Of a DNA stretch of 41,597 bases, positions 35,414 to 41,597 are shown in pieces. Position numbers and translations under genes: made by a program. The stretch is from a virus. Lineage: Duplodnaviria; Heunggongvirae; Uroviricota; Caudoviricetes. Under the pieces are notes generated by a model. It did not search any database. It was not told where the DNA came from and saw nothing but the letters and a program-made list of their open reading frames with translations. Within the stretch, counting starts at the first letter, position 1. Every line of letters begins with the position of its first letter. The stretch is taken from IMG/VR virus record IMGVR_UViG_640753023_000007; one strand, 5' to 3'.

Positions 35414-38400
35414 ATGGGTAAAGGCAGCAGTAAGGGGCATACCCCGCGCGAAGCGAAGGACAACCTGAAATCATCCCAGATGCTGAGCGTGATAGACGCC
35501 ATCAGCGAAGGGCCGGTTGAAGGTCCGGTGGATGGATTAAAAAGCGTGCTGCTGAACAGTACGCCGGTGCTGGACAGTGAGGGGAATACCAATATATTCG
35601 GCGTCACGGTGGTGTTCCGGGCCGGTGAGCAGGAGCAGACTCCGCCGGAGGGATTTGAATCCTCCGGCTCCGAGACGGTGCTCGGTACAGAAGTGAAATA
35701 TGACACGCCGATCACCCGGACCATCACGTCGGCAAACATTGACCGTCTGCGTTTTACTTTCGGCGTGCAGGCACTGGTGGAAACCACCTCAAAGGGGGAC
35801 AGGAATCCATCGGAAGTCCGCCTGCTGGTTCAGATTCAACGTAACGGTGGCTGGGTGACGGAAAAAGACATCACCATTAAGGGCAAAACCACGTCGCAGT
35901 ATCTGGCCTCGGTGGTGGTGGATAACCTGCCGCCGCGCCCGTTTAATATCCGGATGCGCAGGATGACGCCGGACAGCACCACAGACCAGTTGCAGAACAA
36001 AACGCTCTGGTCGTCATACACCGAAATCATCGATGTGAAACAGTGCTACCCGAACACGGCACTGGTCGGCGTACAGGTGGACTCGGAGCAGTTCGGCAGC
36101 CAGCAGGTGAGCCGTAATTATCATCTTCGCGGGCGCATTCTGCAGGTGCCGTCGAACTATAACCCGCAGACGCGGCAATACAGCGGTATCTGGGACGGAA
36201 CGTTTAAGCCAGCATACAGCAACAACATGGCCTGGTGTCTGTGGGATATGCTGACCCATCCGCGCTACGGCATGGGGAAACGTCTTGGTGCGGCAGATGT
36301 GGATAAATGGGCGCTGTATGTCATCGGCCAGAATTGCGACCAGTCAGTGCCGGACGGCTTTGGCGGCACGGAGCCGCGCATCACCTGTAATGCGTACCTG
36401 ACCACACAGCGCAAGGCGTGGGATGTGCTCAGTGATTTTTGCTCGGCGATGCGCTGTATGCCGGTATGGAACGGGCAGACGCTGACATTCGTGCAGGACC
36501 GACCGTCGGATAAGGTGTGGACCTATAACCGCAGTAATGTGGTGATGCCGGATGATGGCGCGCCGTTCCGCTACAGCTTCAGCGCCCTGAAAGACCGCCA
36601 TAATGCCGTTGAGGTGAACTGGATTGACCCGGATAACGGCTGGGAGACGGCGACAGAGCTTGTGGAGGACACGCAGGCCATTGCCCGTTACGGTCGTAAC
36701 GTCACGAAGATGGATGCCTTTGGCTGTACCAGCCGGGGGCAGGCACACCGCGCCGGGCTGTGGCTGATTAAAACGGAGCTGCTGGAAACGCAGACCGTGG
36801 ACTTCAGCGTGGGTGCAGAAGGGCTTCGCCATGTACCGGGTGATGTCATTGAAATCTGTGATGATGACTATGCGGGGATCAGCATCGGCGGGCGCGTGCT
36901 GGCGGTGAACAACCAGACGCGGACACTGACGCTCGACCGTGAAATCACGCTGCCATCCTCCGGCACCACGCTGATAAGCCTGGCTGACGGACAGGGGAAT
37001 CCGGTCAGCGTGGAGGTCCAGTCCGTCACCGACGGCGTGAAGGTAAAAGTGAGCCGTGTTCCTGACGGCGTTGCAGAATACAGCGTGTGGGGGCTGAAGT
37101 TGCCAACGTTGCGCCAGCGCCTGTTCCGCTGTGTGAGTATCCGTGAGAACGATGACGGCACGTATGCCATCACTGCCGTGCAGCATGTACCGGAAAAAGA
37201 GGCCATCGTGGATAACGGGGCGCACTTTGACGGCGACCAGAGCGGCACGGTGAATGGTGTCACGCCGCCAGCGGTGCAGCACCTGACTGCCGAAGTCACC
37301 GCAGACAGCGGGGAATATCAGGTGCTGGCGCGCTGGGACACGCCGAAGGTGGTGAAGGGGGTGAGCTTTATGCTTCGCCTGACCGTGGCAGCGGATGACG
37401 GCAGTGAGCGGCTGGTCAGCACGGCCCGGACGACGGAAACCACATACCGCTTCAGGCAACTGGCGCTGGGGAACTACAGGCTGACAGTCCGGGCGGTAAA
37501 TGCGTGGGGGCAGCAGGGCGATCCGGCATCGGTATCGTTCCGGATTGCCGCACCGGCAGCGCCGTCGCAGATTGAGCTGACACCGGGGTATTTTCAGATA
37601 ACCGCCACGCCGCATCTTGCGGTTTATGATCCGACGGTACAGTTTGAGTTCTGGTTCTCGGAAAAGCGGATTGCGGATATCAGGCAGGTTGAAACCACAG
37701 CACGCTATCTTGGCACGGCGCTGTACTGGATAGCCGCCAGTATCAATATCAAACCGGGCCATGATTATTATTTTTACATCCGCAGTGTGAACACCGTTGG
37801 CAAATCGGCATTTGTGGAGGCTGTTGGCCAGCCGAGTGATGATGCATCCGGCTATCTGAATTTTTTCAAAGGAGAGATAGGGAAAACCCATCTGGCTCAG
37901 GAGTTGTGGACGCAGATTGATAACGGTCAGCTTGCGCCTGACCTGGCTGAAATCAGGACGTCCATTACGGGTGTCAGCAATGAAATCACGCAGACCGTCA
38001 ATAAGAAACTGGAAGACCAGAGTGCAGCGATCCAGCAGATACAGAAGGTTCAGGTTGATACAAATAATAACCTGAACAGCATGTGGGCTGTGAAGCTGCA
38101 GCAGATGCAGGACGGACGCCTTTATATCGCGGGTATTGGTGCCGGTGTTGAGAATACTCCCTGACGGTATGCAGAGTCAGGTGCTGCTGGCGGCGGACAG
38201 GATTGCGATGATTAATCCTGCGAATGGCAACACAAAGCCGATGTTTGTTGGGCAGGGCGATCAGATATTCATGAACGAAGTGTTCCTGAAATATCTGACG
38301 GCTCCCACCATTACCAGCGGTGGCAATCCCCCAACGTTTTCACTGACACCTGATGGTCGACTTTCTGCGAAAAATGCGGATATCAGCGGTAACGTGAACG

Positions 38401-38897
38401 CGAACTCCGGGACGCTCAACAACGTCACGATTAATCAGAACTGTCGGATTCTGGGAAAACTGTCAGCTAACCAGATTGAAGGTGATATTGTCAAAACGGT
38501 GGGAAAAGCCTTTCCGAGAAATGGCAGTTATGCCAGCGGTACAATAACGGTCACTGTGTACGATGACCAGGCTTTTGACCGTCAGATAGTAGTCCCCCCC
38601 GTTCTGTTTCGTGGGGGTAAGCATGAAAACTTCAACAGCAACAACCAACAGTCATACTGGTATTCAACCTGTAAGCTGCAGGTACTGAAGAACGGACAGG
38701 AAATCTTTCAGCAACCCGCGACGGATGTCAGCAGGGTATTTTCATCAGTCATTGATATGCCTGCCGGACACGGCCATGTCACCCTGACTTTCAATGTTTC
38801 TTCATATGGTGCTAATAACTGGACGCCAACGACCAGTATCAGCGACCTTCTTGTTGTTGTGATGAAGAAATCTACAGCCGGTATCAGTATCAGTTGA
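35414..38897 (+). pseudogene. J: Tail tip / host specificity protein J, split by an apparent +1 frameshift at 38159-38161
   Basis: Frame A ORF 35414-38164 ends ...[10 protein letters not shown] then TGA; the protein continues in another frame as [23 protein letters not shown]... to 38897; an extra C in the CCC run at 38159-38161 explains the shift. Confidence 0.8.
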
Positions 38898-38915
38898 ATT
38901 TTATAACCCAGATAC

Positions 38916-38944
38916 GGGCGCCAGAAATGGCGCCTTTTTTATTT
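38916..38944 (+). terminator. Intrinsic terminator after J
   Basis: Stem GGCGCC-(AGAAAT)-GGCGCC followed by TTTTTTATTT, about 20 nt after the J stop. Confidence 0.65.
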
Positions 38945-38955
38945 GTGGAGTGAAT

Positions 38956-41016
38956 ATGGCAGTACAGATTTCAGGCGTGCTGAAAGACGGTGCAGGAAAA
39001 CCGATACAGAACTGCACCATTCAGCTCAAAGCAAAACGTAACAGCACCACGGTTGTGGTGAACACGGTGGCCTCAGAAAATCCGGATGAAGCCGGACGTT
39101 ACAGCATGGATGTCGAGTATGGCCAGTACAGCGTTATCCTGCTGGTTGAAGGTTTTCCGCCTTCACATGCCGGGGCCATCACCGTGTATGAGGATTCTAA
39201 GCCGGGGACATTGAATGATTTTCTGGGCGCTGCAACAGAAGATGATGTTCGTCCGGAGGCACTGTATCGTTTTGAAAAGATGGTGGAAGAGGTGGCACGC
39301 AACGCTGAAGCCGCCTCTCAGAGCGCAGCGGCAGCAAAGAAATCAGAAACAGCAGCGGCATCGTCCAGGAATGCGGCGAAAACATCAGAGACGAATGCAG
39401 GTAACAGCGCGAAAGCGGCAGCTTCTTCAAAAACAGCCGCACAAAACGCAGCAACAGCGGCAGAACGTTCAGAGACAAATGCCCGTGCGTCAGAAGAAGC
39501 CTCCGCAGACAGTGAAGAGGCTTCCCGCCGTAATGCAGAGTCAGCCGCTGAAAATGCCGGAGTCGCCACCACAAAAGCGCGGGAGGCCGCAGCAGACGCA
39601 ACAAAGGCCGGGCAGAAAAAGGATGAGGCTCTGTCGGCAGCGACACGGGCTGAAAAGGCGGCAGACCGCGCAGAAGTCGCAGCGGAAGTGACTGCAGAGC
39701 CCTATGCGAATATAGTGCCGCCGCTGCCTGATGTGTGGATACCGTTTAACGATTCACTGGATATGATTGCGGGTTTTTCTCCGGGCTATAAAAAAATAGC
39801 TATTGGTGACGATGTGGTTCAGGTCGCCAGTGATAAACAGGTTAATTTCAGTCGCGCATCAACGGCAACATATATCAACAAATCTGGCGAACTGAAAACG
39901 GCGGAAATTAATGAGCCGCGATTTGAGTGTGATGGCCTGCTTATTGAGGGACAAAGAACGAACTACATGCTCAATTCGGAAAGTCCAGCCAGCTGGGGGA
40001 AGTCATCAAACATGGATGTGCCCGAAACCGGGACAGATAGTTTTGGTTTTACTTATGGAAAGTTTGTCTGCAACGATTCTCTGGTTGGGCAAACTTCGGC
40101 TATTAATATGGCATCAATTGCTGCAACAAAGTCAGTTGATGTCTCAGGCGATAACAAGTACGTGACAACCTCATGCCGTTTTAAAACAGAACGACAGGTA
40201 AGGTTACGTATACGGTTTGATAAGTATGATGGTAGTGCAACAACTTTTCTTGGCGATGCGTACATTGATACGCAAACGCTTGAAATTAATATGACAGGTG
40301 GGGCTGCCGGCAGAATTACGGCACGAGTCAGGAAGGATAAGACCACAGGCTGGATTTTTGCAGAGGCAACGATTCAGGCAATTGATGGTGAGTTAAAAAT
40401 AGGCTCTCAGATACAGTATTCTCCTGAGCGGGGTGGGGCAACAGTATCTGGTGACTATATTTATCTTGCCACCCCACAAGTAGAGAATGGGCCGTGTGTA
40501 TCATCATTTATTATTTCAGGAGGCAGCGCAACGACAAGAGCCAGTGATTTGGTTAGTATCCCCACCAGAAATAATCTTTATAAGTTACCATTTACTTTTT
40601 TACTTGAGATTCATAAAAACTGGGATATTGCACCAAACGCCGCACCCCGCGTGTGGGATATAGCAGCAGCCAATACCGGGCAATCAGCAATTGCAGCAAT
40701 CAACAGAGGTAGTGGTAAGTTATATATGAGTCTGTCAAACCCTTCAGGCTTGTATGTTAATAGCGCAGCGACAGATGTATTTGCAGAGAAAACCACATTT
40801 GGATGTATTGCAAAAGCTGATGGTCACTTTCATGTGGTGACAAATGGTAAAGCGGTTAATGAAGTTTATTGTGAATATAATGGTGTGACCGCTGATAAAA
40901 ATATCCGATTTGGAGGGCAGACGAATACTGGAGAACGACATCTGTTTGGCCATATTCGCAATTTCCGCATATGGCATAAAGAATTAAATGACAGGCAATT
41001 AAAAGAGGTCGTATGA
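38956..41016 (+). CDS. stf: Side tail fibre protein (Stf-like)
   Basis: Track ORF 38950-41016 starts with GTG; ATG at 38956 preceded by GGAG; N-terminal 120 aa match lambda Stf (AVQISGVLKDGAGKPIQNCTIQLKAKRNSTTVVVN), followed by an Ala/Ser/Thr-rich low-complexity segment and an AT-rich C-terminal domain. Confidence 0.85.
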   Translation: MAVQISGVLKDGAGKPIQNCTIQLKAKRNSTTVVVNTVASENPDEAGRYSMDVEYGQYSVILLVEGFPPSHAGAITVYEDSKPGTLNDFLGAATEDDVRPEALYRFEKMVEEVARNAEAASQSAAAAKKSETAAASSRNAAKTSETNAGNSAKAAASSKTAAQNAATAAERSETNARASEEASADSEEASRRNAESAAENAGVATTKAREAAADATKAGQKKDEALSAATRAEKAADRAEVAAEVTAEPYANIVPPLPDVWIPFNDSLDMIAGFSPGYKKIAIGDDVVQVASDKQVNFSRASTATYINKSGELKTAEINEPRFECDGLLIEGQRTNYMLNSESPASWGKSSNMDVPETGTDSFGFTYGKFVCNDSLVGQTSAINMASIAATKSVDVSGDNKYVTTSCRFKTERQVRLRIRFDKYDGSATTFLGDAYIDTQTLEINMTGGAAGRITARVRKDKTTGWIFAEATIQAIDGELKIGSQIQYSPERGGATVSGDYIYLATPQVENGPCVSSFIISGGSATTRASDLVSIPTRNNLYKLPFTFLLEIHKNWDIAPNAAPRVWDIAAANTGQSAIAAINRGSGKLYMSLSNPSGLYVNSAATDVFAEKTTFGCIAKADGHFHVVTNGKAVNEVYCEYNGVTADKNIRFGGQTNTGERHLFGHIRNFRIWHKELNDRQLKEVV

Positions 41017-41291
41017 AAGATTTAACTTTGAAGTTTCATGACAAACTGCAGTTTAAGGCCTTCCTGTCATCTCTTGACTGGGAGGAGGATGAAGACCTCC
41101 AGAATAAACTGTTAGTCGATGAAATTGGTTTCACCTACACAGAAACAGGGGTAACAGAAGAGGGAGAACCTGTCTGTGTCCGGAATGACGGTTATTTTGT
41201 CAACATTCGCATTCTTGATGACTTGTTTGATGTTTCTGTATTCTCTGATTATGTCGTGGAGCTGGAAACACCGCTTCGGGAATGGAGCTGA
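41013..41291 (+). CDS. Hypothetical acidic protein (92 aa) directly downstream of stf
   Basis: ORF with ATGA overlap on the stf stop; acidic (DWEEDEDLQNKLLVDE); occupies the slot where a tail fibre assembly gene is expected but does not resemble lambda Tfa. Confidence 0.4.
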   Translation: MKDLTLKFHDKLQFKAFLSSLDWEEDEDLQNKLLVDEIGFTYTETGVTEEGEPVCVRNDGYFVNIRILDDLFDVSVFSDYVVELETPLREWS

Positions 41292-41303
41292 AAGGAGGAA
41301 ATA

Positions 41304-41597
41304 ATGGATATAAGCCCCTTACTTCATGCGCTTTGTGCTGTGGCTGCGCAGATACTGGTTGGTCTTTTTACCGGAAACTGGGCTTACGGAGCGATAGCCG
41401 GTTGTACGTTCTTCATTGCGCGTGAACATACCCAGGCAGAATATCGCTGGATTGAAATGTTCGGGCATGGCAAGCGAATGAATATGCCGTGGTGGGGCGG
41501 TTTTGATCCGCGAGCTTGGGATGTGGCAAGCCTGATGGATTTTGCTGTGCCGGTGGTGGCGTGTCTGCTGGTCTGGCTGTTGGTTAATCGTGGGTGA
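41304..41597 (+). CDS. Hypothetical small membrane protein (97 aa)
   Basis: ORF preceded by AAGGAGG; two hydrophobic segments (LLHALCAVAAQILVGLFTGNWAYGAIAGCTFFIA and LMDFAVPVVACLLVWLLV); stop codon at the window end. Confidence 0.4.
   Translation: MDISPLLHALCAVAAQILVGLFTGNWAYGAIAGCTFFIAREHTQAEYRWIEMFGHGKRMNMPWWGGFDPRAWDVASLMDFAVPVVACLLVWLLVNRG

Noticed and set aside
36344-37891. 515-aa minus-strand ORF inside J
   Set aside because: Antisense to a well-supported lambda-type J coding region in GC-rich DNA; Arg/Pro/Cys-rich translation typical of spurious antisense frames.
39099-39691. Plus- and minus-strand ORFs (67-158 aa) overlapping the stf low-complexity segment
   Set aside because: Produced by the repetitive Ala/Ser-rich coding repeat of stf; translations are Arg/Gln/Pro homopolymer-like.
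1-41597. CRISPR arrays, tRNA/rRNA genes and insertion sequences
   Set aside because: No regularly spaced direct repeats with unique spacers, no cloverleaf-like tRNA signatures and no transposase-like ORFs with terminal inverted repeats were seen; the only repeat array is the ori iterons inside O.

Overview
This window is a nearly complete, mosaic lambda-like prophage of an enterobacterial (E. coli-type) host, running from the integrase stop codon at position 1 to the side tail fibre region at the right end. The order is int-xis, an accessory cluster, lambda-type recombination/early-left genes (exo, bet, gam, kil, cIII, ea10, ral, sieB), an immunity region (N, orfB, orfA, cI, cro, cII with paired nut sites), replication genes (O with ori iterons, P, ren), a nin region (ninB, Dam-like methylase, ninE, rusA, ylcG), Q, an nmpC porin moron, a phage-21-type lysis cassette (pinholin, SAR endolysin, Rz/Rz1), bor, and the full lambda-type head and tail gene set (nu1 through J, then stf). 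The most interesting feature is an AT-rich, translationally coupled two-gene cassette (orfA 8219-8776, orfB 7470-8222) that sits exactly where lambda carries rexA/rexB, between cI and the pL/nutL/N region, and ends at an intrinsic terminator. It has no motif I can recognise and is the best candidate for an undescribed prophage-encoded exclusion or defence system. Other notable points are an apparent +1 frameshift splitting the tail tip gene J, a frame-disrupted long-form gam start, possibly divergent J/Stf receptor-binding ends followed by two unknown small genes, and the absence of a recognisable lambda cosN. All protein identifications rest on my reading of the translated ORFs and recall of lambda, phage 21, 933W and DLP12 proteins; no database search was run. 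No rRNA, tRNA, CRISPR array or IS element was recognised.
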